A program made the translations under genes and the position numbers. 64,000 nt of DNA from Zygnema circumcarinatum SAG 698-1b (Eukaryota > Plantae > Zygnematophyceae): NCBI GenBank assembly GCA_037447605.1, contig CM074804.1, positions 4,441,909-4,505,908 of the forward strand, written 5' to 3'. Under the pieces are notes generated by a model. It saw only the letters and a list, made by a program, of their open reading frames with translations, did no database searches and had not been told where the DNA came from. Numbering within the stretch: the stretch's first letter is position 1; the number at the start of each line of letters is the position of its first letter. Below, one piece after another: positions 51,008-64,000 of the stretch.

Positions 51008-54000
51008 CTACCGCCGTTTGTATATGCATGCCTTCAATATCGGCCAGTCTATAGCCGCCCGCTTTTTCTTACTAAGAGGCTCCTGGACCTGCAATCGCAA
51101 ACGACACACATGCATGCCACATGTACCTTCCGTGAGACACTGATTTAAAAGCCGTTTCTGGGGCAGATTTCCTGCTCAAGACATTCCTTACATCCCTCCC
51201 TATTAAAAAGTGAAGCATAGAAGGCCATGTCTCACACTTACCTTGTCCTTTTGAAAGAAAAACATCAAAAACATTTTGTTCGATGTGTCCTGGATGCTCC
51301 CCCCCATAGCCAGACGGAGAACAGTGAGATCATTGAACAAGCTACACCTCCTTTCGTGAAAGATTGAATATTTTTAAGGTGAAACTTTTCAGCCTACAAC
51401 AAGCGAGGTTAGGTAACAGAGAGAGGTTTTTCTGCCTTCCATACGTACTTGTATGCTTATATGCATGGTTGAACTGGATAATCCAGACCCTCCTATGCAT
51501 TTCAAATTTATATATTTATTCAAATACAGTTTAAAAAAAGCTGAGCATCAATAGGCCGAGGCCCAACCTCTGCTTGAAGCCGCAATCCGAGAGATTTGAG
51601 GGCGTTGACAAAGTGCTGTGGATCTCCACCGCCATTTGCAGGATCGAAGCGGCTCTTCACCTCAGCAATAATGAGAGTTCCCCTGCACTTGAAAGCAGAT
51701 AGCCCTCCCTTTCAGAGTCTCAAAATAGACCTACCACTATTCACCGAAAATATCATACTCGCGTGACACAACAAGGTAGGCATAGTTAATTAGTACAATA
51801 TGAATGCATCGGCAACACTGGTTCAAGACCATTTGCAGGAGGGGAGGGCCGCACTTAGGCTTGAGGACACGATACGCTTCGGAGAGGAAGGCGGGATAAT
51901 CGGTGCCCATAAGGGAGAGGCAGAAGACGGCCACATCCACTGACGCTCCTTCCAATGGAGTCTGTTTCAGTCGTTCCAAAATGGCAGCCATACTCATCAG
52001 GCCAGGAATCTCTGCCTGACGTCAAGAACATTGCTAAGTAACTGGGAAACGGCTTACTAGGTTTCAAAAAAAAAAAAAAAATCGTTCCTCAGTCGAGGCA
52101 GCAGGCTACCTCGATCGCTTCGGGCAAAACATGAAGTGAGAGAGCGAAAGCTTGAACTGTGCATCCATAAAAGCCCGGATTCTTGCGTGTGTGGCCTATT
52201 CATTACTTCAAGCAGTAGAACATGGCGGTTCAATCTACATTCAGAACACTATAAAATATACATTTCATGATATACGCAACGCCCTCAAATATTAGGGTTA
52301 GCCCTAAAGTGTTTAGCACATACATGAGCCATGTTGCAGGCTATAACAGAAGGATTGGCGGCTACAAGGTCGAGAGAGAACACTTTGTTCGTCACGTTAG
52401 CTGCAAGAGTCGCATCCCCTGCCCCCAGAAACCACTCCTTCAAAACCCTGATGGCCAACCCCATCTGCTGCCAAAGTAGAGTGATTCACAAACGACCATT
52501 TCTATTTGGCATGCACGAAGCCGCCTTTCAAGGAATCCAGCAGGAAGGGTAATGTTTAATGCTTCATTTCACGCCGAAGACAGTGCCATTCGAGAAGCAA
52601 AAAGAATCTGAAAACTTCCTTGGAGATTACAAGAGTGTACAGTGAAGGAGCATCGCACTCAACCGCAGAGAATGGAAACTCACCGCAGCCGAAGTCCGCC
52701 ACAACCAATGAAGGAGCTCGAGCCTTCAGCCAATCAGCCACCGCATGAACAGGAAGACGAGGCCAATGGGACGTTTGCTCCCTGTAGCCTTTGTGGTACT
52801 GCAAATCGGAAGTGTTGAAGACGCAACAACATCAGATAGATTGCTCAAACTGTTCATCAAACAGCTAGAGCAGGAGTAGCTAGAGTAGCATGCGAGGGGG
52901 GAATAAGGTAACCCTAGTGATTCAGAAGTGAAATCATAACCATAATGATTGAGGTGTTGAAACAAAGACCCCCAAATGGAAGGCTGTGGTTCAAGAACAT
53001 GTTCTAAGCTTAAGGTCTACATGTTGACCTGCAGATGTTGCCAAGAATGCCGAAGGGTTGATGAATGAATAGCCTGAACAAAAAGGATTTTCGATTTTTT
53101 AGAGCAAGGATATTACTAAAATCAATTGTTGACTTTACCTGAAAGAAGGAATCTGGGTCTTTACTGAAAAACTGAAGTGCATCTTCGCCTCTGCGGAGAA
53201 CAGCAGGCTGACTCCAGTCAGAAGTCTCGAGAAGAATCATAAAGTTGACTAGAGAACCTTCAATTAGTCAGCCACATGAAGGGACGAATTTGGAGGGAAA
53301 AGTGTTAGCTTGAAGACAACTGACAGACATGTTTGCTTAAGAAACTGCAGGCGTTGGAAAAGGGGGCGGGGGGGTGTAGGGAGAGAGAGGGGCGACACAG
53401 CAGCGTAACACTTGTATTGCCAATTTAACGACATGCAAGTCTGACACACTACACACTGTCCATTGCATGCTAATTTCAGCTTGACAGGCTCCAACTTAAC
53501 CTTATGTCGAACCAGATGATCGCGGTGCCGAATGAACACGTCTGCATGCAAGACCGTCCAAGCTCATACCCTAACCCTAAACACAAACCCTAATTTTCAT
53601 TTGTGACTTAGCCCGCCCTTCATCACCTCCGAACTGGTCGAGCCCAGGCAGAGCGTGAGGGTGACAGCTGGCGGAGGGCGTTGCCTGCAAGTGTAAAGCT
53701 TCTCGTTGAGCATGCGGAACCGCCCTCCCTGCAGCCGAGCACGCATCTACAACACCGCACCAAACACCAGCGACAAATTTAACAAATATAATTCGTTTAC
53801 AAGTAAGCATCTGCTAATTAGCGCAGCACTGTGCAGTCTCTAGGAGAGGTCTGAGTCCTAATAAACTGCAACTCCCTGTGATGTGATGCCTGAGAGCTCC
53901 AGAACAAACAAATATAATTAAAACAACAAATATAAGGATTCAGAAACTTTAGAGCTAGTACAGTTGGTCGGGTAATATTGAAGGTTTCGGAATTTGCTTT

Positions 54001-54684
54001 GGTGATTTTAGAGTATTTGGGGAATTCAAATTGTAGAGTAGTGTATTCCTTTTTTCACTGAGTTCGGCAATCAGCTCTCCTGTAAACATGTTGTAGCCAG
54101 CCAAATATGGGTGCATGTATTCTTTTTTCCCACCTTATGGGGCCTGTTCTTCTCCATCTTCTAATTGATTGTTCGCATGTTGTAAGTTTGAAGTCATAAA
54201 GGTGGCACAATTCAACCATGTGATACCAAGCAGCATAAGGATTTCAAGATTTGTTGACTGTTTAAGAAAAATCGAGAAAATCTGCCGACAAAAATACAGT
54301 ATCGAAAAATCCTCATGCAGTTATGACTTTAATTCTCTCTAATCACCAAAACTTGCAGCCACCAATTTCAAAACATTCCTTCAAACTTACCTTCTCCAGG
54401 AATGCCGAGCTCCCTCCCTTTCCTCCCCGTCTCCCTCCTCCTCTGGCTGCCACTCTCTCGCTCTCTTCCAAGCCCTCCATTCCGGCTGACACGTGTCCTT
54501 CATGATGCCCATCCATGACTCCACGAAACTGAGGGTTTCCACGGTCATGCCCTCCAAAAGCTGGAGATTCCTCTCCCTCCTTCTGGAGAGAAAGCTTCAC
54601 ATTCTTCTTCTTCCTTCTCTTCTTATTTTCCTTCTTCACGCCGAGTGCAGACTGCTTCGTGTCCCGCATGCTTTCGGCACGCAT
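51008..54684 (-). CDS. RRP8: RRP8 / nucleomethylin (25S rRNA m1A methyltransferase), ~9 exons
   Basis: FLEK|[96 protein letters not shown]. The start codon is uncertain. Confidence 0.92.
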
Positions 54685-55139
54685 TTTTCCGATGACCTGT
54701 TCGATTTTTCGGAGGTCACTCGGAGCTGCAAGAATTTATCTAGTTGTTTGCATATTCTGCTTGTTTTCCTTAGTCACTAAGTTATTTGATTAGGCTGGGG
54801 GGAGAAATAAAGAATGCAAGCAAGAGAGAGGGAGGAAGAGTAAAAGATAAAAGCAAAGAGACGAGCAACAAACACTCCAAGCGCTCTTGGCGAGATCAGC
54901 ACACTTTTAGGTGAAGGTAGACCGACTTTGACTACTGCAACACGGCCTGCCGCCGCCTGTCGCGATGTCGGCAGGACCTGCAAAGGTCAAGGGCTTGCTC
55001 TGCCTGCGCCCTCCCGCCGCCGAACGAAGGCCCTCTGCCGCGACGCGCGGTACCGCATTCAAAAGCTATGGCCAAATGGCCATGGGGAAGGGGAGCGACG
55101 GAGCAGGCAAGAATTGGAGCTACAGGGCAGGAGGCAGCC

Positions 55140-56314
55140 ATGGATGACGCCATGCCTGCAGCTATGGACTTTACGGCTCCTTTCCATCTGCTGCCCGTAT
55201 CCTCACCTCTTGCAACCTCTACAAGCTTTAATTTCAGTACAACTCCGACTTTACGAGATCATTGCCGACATATTCCGGTAGATAGTTTTTGGGTGACAGA
55301 AAGCCATCGGAAAAACGTGATGCACAAGCTTGATCTTGGATAATGAAACTTTCTTGCATATTAGCATGACGCGATATAAATGCATGCATTTCGCCATAGC
55401 GCACTCAAATGATGGACATTTAAGTATGCTTTTCTCTTTACGATAGGAAAACCTATGAGGTTGTGCAGCTTGACATTCGGCTGGAAGCTAGTGGAGGCGT
55501 TGGTGGATGCTGCTGAAGGCGGAGCGTCTGAGCAGCAGTTGAGAGGTCAAGTGAGTGGAATTTTACACTTCATGATTACTTCATGAGGTTTTGTTTTCAA
55601 GGAAGAGTAACTTGAAGGAAACGAAGAAGTGGAGGAAGAATGAAAGGCTCGAATCGTTTGTCTCCTTTTCTTTCTCCCGCTTGATGTTATTTTACGCCCA
55701 CTTGCACATATGCATTACGCCGATGACACCGTGGCCCGACTGCTTCAATTTTCATAAGAGGATAGCGTGCGTTTTCCCCCGTGCAGGTTGAGGAGCTTCA
55801 AGAACGGTTCCATCTCTGTCAGCAGTTGCTTCAAGCGGTCCCAGCTGGAAGCCATGGAAAGGATTTGGTAAGAACTCTAATGAACCCAATCGCTTCAATA
55901 ATGCATTGCTTTGAAGTAATCCGCTGTTCCATGTTTAACTTTTCTTTTCTGAATTTTTGAATCTTCTAGATGTTCTTGGTCACCGGCTTTGAAAGCATTA
56001 GATGTCGCTCAGAAGGCTCAATAGCGCAATTGGGAGCTTGAAGGGGCCTTGCCCTCCCCTCCCATTTCTTTTTTTTTTCTGGTCTGGTGAAGCTGTCAGT
56101 TCAATAACAACAATGTGAACGAGGAAAAAACATTTATTTATTCGATGCTTTTATATGTTTCAGACGCTGAAAGAGCAGCGGATGCAGCTTGACAAACTGC
56201 GACAGCAGATGAATCTTGCAAGGTATCTGTGGACTGAACAAAAAGGAACTATAAATCTTTTTGGCGCCCTGCAGTGCAGATGTAACCAGATATGTCTCGG
56301 CTGTTGCTTTGTGA
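55140..56314 (+). CDS. MED9: Mediator subunit 9 (plant type), 5 exons (~55140-55196, 55488-55550, 55788-55868, 56164-56222, 56275-56314)
   Basis: Spliced: MDDAMPAAMDFTAPFHLLP|LVEALVDAAEGGASEQQLRGQ|VEELQERFHLCQQLLQAVPAGSHGKDL|TLKEQRMQLDKLRQQMNLA|SADVTRYVSAVAL*, resembling plant MED9 (FHLLxLVExLxDAxExG..FEKCQQLL..TVEGQ). Missed by the ORF track. Confidence 0.78.
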
Positions 56315-56789
56315 GGTAGAGGTAGCAACACTATTAGAGATGCAGAGTGAGAAGTGAGGGCCCAGGGCGTCGGGCGAGAGGGCACGAGGGTTAGGGGAAA
56401 CGGACGGAGAGTACCTGGGGTTGGGTGAAAGCACATGATGTCTATATCTTTGACCTATCCAGAGTTCCTCCGTCCTATCATGCATCTTACAAAAACAATA
56501 TCTGCTAATTATTTTTCAGTTTTCTTCTTTAAGCTTATGCAAAGGTTCACTTTTGTGAGGGTGGCAGGCGTACAGTAGAGCGGTACACACAAATGATGGC
56601 GGCGACCGCTGACAAGGGCGAGGGTCATCCAGATGTGCCCTTACCATAGTGACAGCCCAGCAATTATGGCTATAACGATTCAAGTACTGAAGTTAACATT
56701 CACGTTCGTTGCTGTAATATTAAGAGTGTTTTGCTCGGGGTTGAAATTTGGTGTTTCTAGGGCTTTGTTGTTGAGTGTAGATCTAGATT

Positions 56790-56845
56790 TCCGCTCCTAG
56801 CTTTCAACGTACATTTGATAGCGTTCACATCAGATCAATGCCACA
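56790..56845 (+). mobile_element. Highly decayed inverted fragment of the same retroelement 3' end
   Basis: ccgctcctagcttt..gtacatttgatagcg..agatcaatgccac is the reverse complement of the family's terminal motifs. Confidence 0.5.
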
Positions 56846-57735
56846 GCAATTCTCTAGTTTCTGCACGGCTTCATTTTACCGTAGATATTAGATATTGAGA
56901 AAATGTAGACTGGACCTGAGTAGTGTACGAGCCCACTGACGGAAAGGGCTTCGATCTCGTAAGTCGAAGACATGCGCATTTTTTCATATCAAAATTCCAT
57001 CAGCTCTTAAGAAGAAGCAAGTGTAGGGAAAGCCTCCGTGTACGGGTTCTTTACAAAATTACATCGTCTCCCACGTTGGGAGGTGCGAAATGGAGACATG
57101 CGAGAATGAGCTTGCGTCACTTCATACTAAGAGCGGGGCGAGTATAATTACGTAAACAAACGCGGAGACCATGGAGTTTCTCATGAGAGTGTGTATCAGT
57201 TGAGGCAAGACAAATGTCGAGGCAATTTGCCCTCAACAATACAAGGCAGATGTCAAGCAATTATGCACCCGAAGGAATAATCGCACCCGCTTATCATCAA
57301 ACGTGCCAGAGATCTTCACCATTTCAACAAGTAAAAGGTTGTCAACAAAAACGAGAGCACTCAAAGACCAGGTACTGAAAGCAGACAGGCTGCCTCGGTT
57401 AATCTCTGAACAAACTCAGCTGCCAACACAAATCTCAGCAACTTAACAGCCAGATTGCCGAAAATAGTCCAAAGTAGACTTCATCATTTGCAGCGAGACA
57501 AAAATCCGGGATATCCCCCTCGTCGGACCGCCCCCCCCAGACCACCTCCTGTACACCCACGCCACCGTCTGTCCAAGACCCAGTTCTGGCGCCACTTGGC
57601 AAGCAGCGAGCGGACCTCGTCTGGAGGGCAAACAGAACAGCTTAAAGACGTACAGAACCAGTCGAATTCCCTACCCACCGTATCATCCTCCGGTAATCTA
57701 AACACGGGCTCAACCTCAATCTCTTCCAGCACTAT

Positions 57736-59416
<1,681 letters not shown>

Positions 59417-59934
59417 TTATAAAATACCGGCGGCAAACCATCAACAAACTGAGTGAAACCTATCAGACAAGCTCTAAACAGAGATCGAGAACAGAGGCCT
59501 GTTCAGTTGCTGCTGGAGAGGTGCAAACTTCGACCCTGTCTCCTTCAGATTGAATCAGTTCCTTCACCCTGAATTCTCTCAGCAAAATAACGTACACCAA
59601 CCCCTCAAATTACTTTTCAACCAACTAAGAATATCACCATGAACTACCAGAAGCAGACCACAAGTAGCGTTCGGAACAGCTCTTTCACATGCATTCAGCC
59701 CTGCAAAATGTAACACGGCGCTCAAGCTACCAGTACAGCCAATCATTACACAAACAACCACATGCATACACGTAACCTTATCAGTACTGGCCCCATACCT
59801 CAGTCAGAAAATTAGCAGACGTCTCAGAGAGGCAGGCCGCAGAGGGCGGCGGAGGAAATGGCCGACTCTAGGGCCGCTGCGCGGAACTAATCCTCCCTGG
59901 AAGCGTCACCCCTGTCACGCCCTCGGCGGGCTTG

Positions 59935-60010
59935 GGGTTTCGCTTATATCCGACGGCGCGGGGCAGCAGCCGAAACGTGGCCGCCACGATCGGACCGTCC
60001 ACGTGGCGCT
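59935..60010 (-). promoter_or_regulatory. Putative EF1A core promoter (TATA-like GATATAAG plus ACGTGGC G-boxes)
   Basis: cttatatc at ~59943 and acgtggc at ~59975 and ~60001, upstream of the non-coding first exon. Confidence 0.4.
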
Positions 60011-60798
60011 GCTCAGACGGTACGGCGGCAACTCCGCCAGCGCTGCGCCGCCAATGGAAGGCCGAAGTGCGGCGGAGGGAATATCTACGCCGCCACCTTG
60101 GCGGGCGGGAGGGACGGAGGGTTCAGGGTGGCGGCAGCAGCCGCAGATTTGCGAGGGTTCAGGGTCGACTCAACGGGCGGTTATACGTCGGGCAATACGG
60201 CACCGGGTGCCGTACGGCAATGCGGTAGTCCGTACTGTGAATCCGTGGTTTGTGGGTTTGCAACTTGAGCGGGTCTCAGATTTGCATCGGAGCTGCCAAA
60301 ACCAATGGGATCCTCCCAAAGAACTTCCGAAATTCAGATACCAAAACAAGTACTCTGGCAAAATAGAGATCTGCCTGCAAGAGTGTACTCGGGTATTAAA
60401 AGCTTCTAGTACTACTGAAGAAATACTTCTGTTGGAATGTTGTAAGACTGACATGCCCTATTGTCGAAAAATATTCGGGTATGTTCGGCTCTAGACTACA
60501 ATATATTGCAACCATCACAGCCGAGTCTGCAGCGAGCACCCTCGTTCCTCCCCCTCCGCTCCCTCTCCCACTCATTTCCCTTTCTCTCCCTCTTCCATTC
60601 TACCTATCTCCCACTCTCTCCTGTTCCCCCTCCCCGCCCCCCTCGCCCCCCACTCCGCATACGCTCTCCCCATCTCCACCTCATTCATACATTCTCCATG
60701 TGCTATTTAAAGAGCCCGGCAGTTCCGTGGCAGTTTCCATAGAACACAGCACCATCGTCTTTCAAACCACAAACACCAAACTGGAATTGAATTCGCAT

Positions 60799-61626
60799 CA
60801 TAAAACTGCCGCTCCACAAATGGTATTTTTCAAATTTCAGTACTTCAATCTGTACAGAATTTCCAGCTATTGTGCTAGCCTTGTTCTTCCAGCCAAGCCT
60901 GCACATTTTCCAACCGTTCTGTCAATTTCATCCGAGCTGCCTCTAGCTCTACCGCTGCTCTTTTCTACATCTCTACTTCTATCTCTCCCTCTCCCACTCC
61001 CTTCTTCGCTTACCCCTACCTCCCCTCCTCGTCCTCAAGCTTCGGACCCCTTGCCCACTGCTGAAGCACAATGTTGTCACTCAACAATGGAATACCTCAA
61101 ATTTCAGTACTTCCATCTGTACAGAATCCCAGCTATTGTGCCAAAATTGGTTCTTTCAGCAAAGCCTGCAAATCTTCCAACCGGACTGTCAATTCCGCCA
61201 TCCTCCAAGTTGCCTCTAGCTCCACCGCTGCTGTCCTCATTCCTCCTCCTACCTGTTCCTCTCCGTCTCCCCCTCCCTCCTCCCTTTCCCCCTCCCCCCT
61301 CCTCCCCAGAGTTGCCCGCAGGCTTCGGATCCCTTGTCCACTGATAAAGCACAAAACTGTCGCTCCATAATAGAATACCTCAACTTTCGGTCCTCCAATC
61401 TATACAAAATTCGCAGCTATTGTGCCAACCTTGCTTCTTCCAGCAAAGTCTGCAAATGCTCCAACTGCTCTGTCAATACCGCCACCTTCCGAGCTGCCTC
61501 TAGCTCTGCCGCTGCTCTGTCCTTCAGCCCTCCTACCTCTCCCCCTCCCTCGCCCATTTCCTTCCTCCCGTCCCCCACTCCCCCCTCCTCCCCAGAGTTG
61601 TCCTCAGGCTTCGGATCCCTTACCCA
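60799..61626 (-). repeat. Three diverged ~260-290-bp tandem copies of the BLTP3-like gene's C-terminal coding end plus proximal 3' UTR
   Basis: Units ~60799-61055, 61056-61337 and 61338-61626 share cagctattgtgc, ctgtcaat, gcctctagctc and gcttcggaxcccct. Confidence 0.85.
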
Positions 61627-64000
61627 CGCCTTCACCAGGTCCTTCACAAGCTCCTGACAGAGCTCCTGCGCCTTCCCGACTTCTATCTCGAGGTTCGCTA
61701 TTTTGCTCTGCCAAAGGGCTTCGTCCCCATGGGATATCCCCGCCTTCAAGAAATCTCTTCCGGTTACGGCCCTCGCACCTACAGCAAGTGTAACAAAGGA
61801 GTCGCAAAAGAAAATTTGGGGGTTGCAGAACTGGATATGAGAGGGAAGGAGAGAGGACGAGAAGAGGAGTCGAACTTCCTGTATGTATGGTGTCCAAATT
61901 TCTAGAAGCGTTACAATTTCAGGCCTCCTCGGGTCTTCAGGATTTGTTATGCTGATTCCAGTTTGCATCCTCTATAATTTCCTTATTCCTCTCACACATG
62001 CATTTAGGCCAAGAAACGGCTTACCAAGATTAACAAGCTGGTCTATGGTGCTCTGCGTGATCAGAGGGCTCCCTTGAAGTTGAAGTAACTTTAGCCCTCC
62101 TGCTGCAATCCTGGTCGCTGCTCCCACCTCCATCTTGCAGGTTTGAAAAAGGTGTTCCATGTCCACCTTCGTTACTTCCACTTCCGTCTGAAAGAAAACA
62201 GCACAGAGAGAGGGATAGAGAAGAGAAGGAGAGAGTGAGAAAGCAGATTCCGTGAGAATCCTCCCGAAGGTACAAGGTCAGAATCCTTCTTTCTCTCTGA
62301 TATATCCAATCACCCAGTAGAAGAAGGCAAGCGAAACCTAATGCAGTTCAAGAAGGCTTACCGGCTCCTGAACTGCCGTTATGATGCTCTTTATGGACCA
62401 TGCCTCCGGTGCCTTCCCATTCTGAATGGGTTCGTTTGAATCTTCATTGTTGACGAATGTCAATTTCAAATCCAGCCCACTACGTGAAGTTATTGAGGGA
62501 CTGCTGAAGCTTCCAGATGGACCATCTTCATTGGAAGGAGGCAAGTTCGAGTTTTCTCCATTCGTCCTAGGTAATACCCCTTCCAATACACGGGGCTTCA
62601 AGGCCTGAATGCCCTCCATTTGCATCTGGAGTGCGAAGGAAGTCAAAAAATGTAAGACAGTCAGCAACAAATAAGAAGTTAAAATGCAAGGAAGTTGCAA
62701 CAAATCTGAAGACGGTTCTTGACGACTAACTATTGGTAGGGCTACATATTTGTGAGGCTGGTTATCACTGTCAACATCAAAATAGCAAGATGTATCAGTC
62801 GACTGAAGGAATTAAGCTGTGATGGAGGGACTCGCCCCATATCAACTGGCCTTTTGTCAATGACCAGACTGGATTAACATTACGCCTTATTTGTACGGCG
62901 TACGAACAGAGGACGTCAGCAGATGGAATCGTGCCAGCTGGCTTTGGTTAACTTAGTCAACGAAAAGCCTGATGGAAATATGTACGATGGGAGAGGGCGG
63001 GTGTTTGTTGTTTTCATCAAGGGCAGGGTGACGACCACCCAGTCACCTCAATTCCGCGTTCACACTGTTCCATTCTTCGAGTAGCGTGAACAATTGTCTA
63101 ATCCGCCATTGCTGTCGCAACGACGGCAGCAGCCCCATGACGTCAAATATCGACGTACTAATGAAAAGCAAGTGCGCATGAAGCAACTGGGTCGTATGAC
63201 AGCATCCTAGAAGACATCATTTCTGGTGTCAGTTCCCAGTTGGATGCCGCTGATGCAATGAGAAGACCAGGAAAGTGAGTAATGGCATTCCACATACTGT
63301 AATGGTATTGATTGGAATTCGGTTGGCATTCGTTCCTGGTTGTCCATTAGTTCCTTCCACCTTATTAGCCGCTGAAATACGGAGCAAACGGAATGTGGAG
63401 TGCCAGCACCGGTCTTCTCTCTGTTCTATTCCATCCACTCCCACCAGCACTCCTTCAGCACCTTCAAGGGCGAACAGCCAATCCAGCAGCTGCACGTCGA
63501 TGTCCATCTCATCCGGCAAAGACATGTCCCAAGCTCCCTCCTTCACTTGCGACTCGCCAGATGGAGCCGTATTCCCCTCCCCTTCAGCTGCAGGAAATCA
63601 AAAGACAAGCAAATAAATTAAAAATAATAATAATTTTTTTTTTTTATATAAATAAATTATATCCCATACATCAAATTTGTATATGACATGCTTCCTTTCT
63701 AGTGCACTGCGGGGCAGTTTCAGCATACGATGCAGTTCCTGCAGGAATAGGCGAAACCTGAGTTCCAACTTTGAGACATTATGCAAGACCTTGCTTGATG
63801 AATGATGGTCGTTTCATTAGTTCACGGAAACTCACAAGATGAAACAGTGTTCTTCAGCTCATCAGTTCCGAGGAAGTTCGCTAGTGTTCCACTTTCTCTC
63901 ATGACAGAAATCAGCTGAACTATATCTTTCCCTGGAGTGCCATCGCGATCCAATACTCCAAACCTGCGCAAAAGCGCCTCATTATACCCCATACCACCAC
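61417..64000 (-). CDS. 3' part of a large chorein-N / BLTP3(UHRF1BP1)-like lipid-transfer protein (plant At3g20720-like); 5' partial
   Basis: LLDWLFALEGA..EDRCWHSTF, MEGIQALKP, GLDLKLTFV, WSIKSIITAVQEP|xEVEVTKVDMEHLFQTCKMEVGAATRIAAGGLKLLQLQGS..IDQLVNL match my recollection of this plant family. Confidence 0.7.

Noticed and set aside
53470-53630. GTGATGA box-C motif on the minus strand in RRP8 intron 2
   Set aside because: The nearest CTGA is ~150 nt away, with no terminal stem or recognisable rRNA guide.
62720-63230. Compositionally coding-like stretch inside a BLTP3-like intron
   Set aside because: Frequent stops, no recognisable protein or RNA family, and the flanking exons join without it.

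Overview
Gene-dense, intron-rich eukaryotic DNA. The proteins are plant-type (MSI4/FVE, plant MED9, SAAL1-like ARM protein, TolB/DPP6N-like protein, canonical EF1A) and the introns are rich in GA/CT microsatellites, which best fits a streptophyte, probably an alga (inference). I rebuilt spliced gene models by hand from splice junctions and remembered family motifs; no database search was run. In order: 3' end of an EDR2/DUF1336 gene; an 8-exon erythromycin-esterase (EreA/B-like) gene; a JAGGED-like C2H2 zinc-finger gene with an RLFGV repressor motif; a candidate orphan 93-aa two-exon gene; snurportin-1; WDR12/YTM1 head-to-head with RPS4; a SAAL1-like gene; a ~2-kb duplication across an N-gap containing a long-TIR MITE nested in a CRE-like retroelement remnant; a TolB-like propeller; MSI4/FVE; a decayed partial RRP8 copy; an intronless DnaJ-type Zn-finger gene; RRP8 head-to-head with MED9; EF1A; and the 3' part of a chorein/BLTP3-like gene whose terminus is triplicated. 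The best leads are the intronised microbial-type macrolide esterase, the JAG-like zinc finger, the orphan microprotein and a candidate poison exon in RPS4. I found no tRNA, rRNA or CRISPR array. Exon boundaries marked ~ are approximate.
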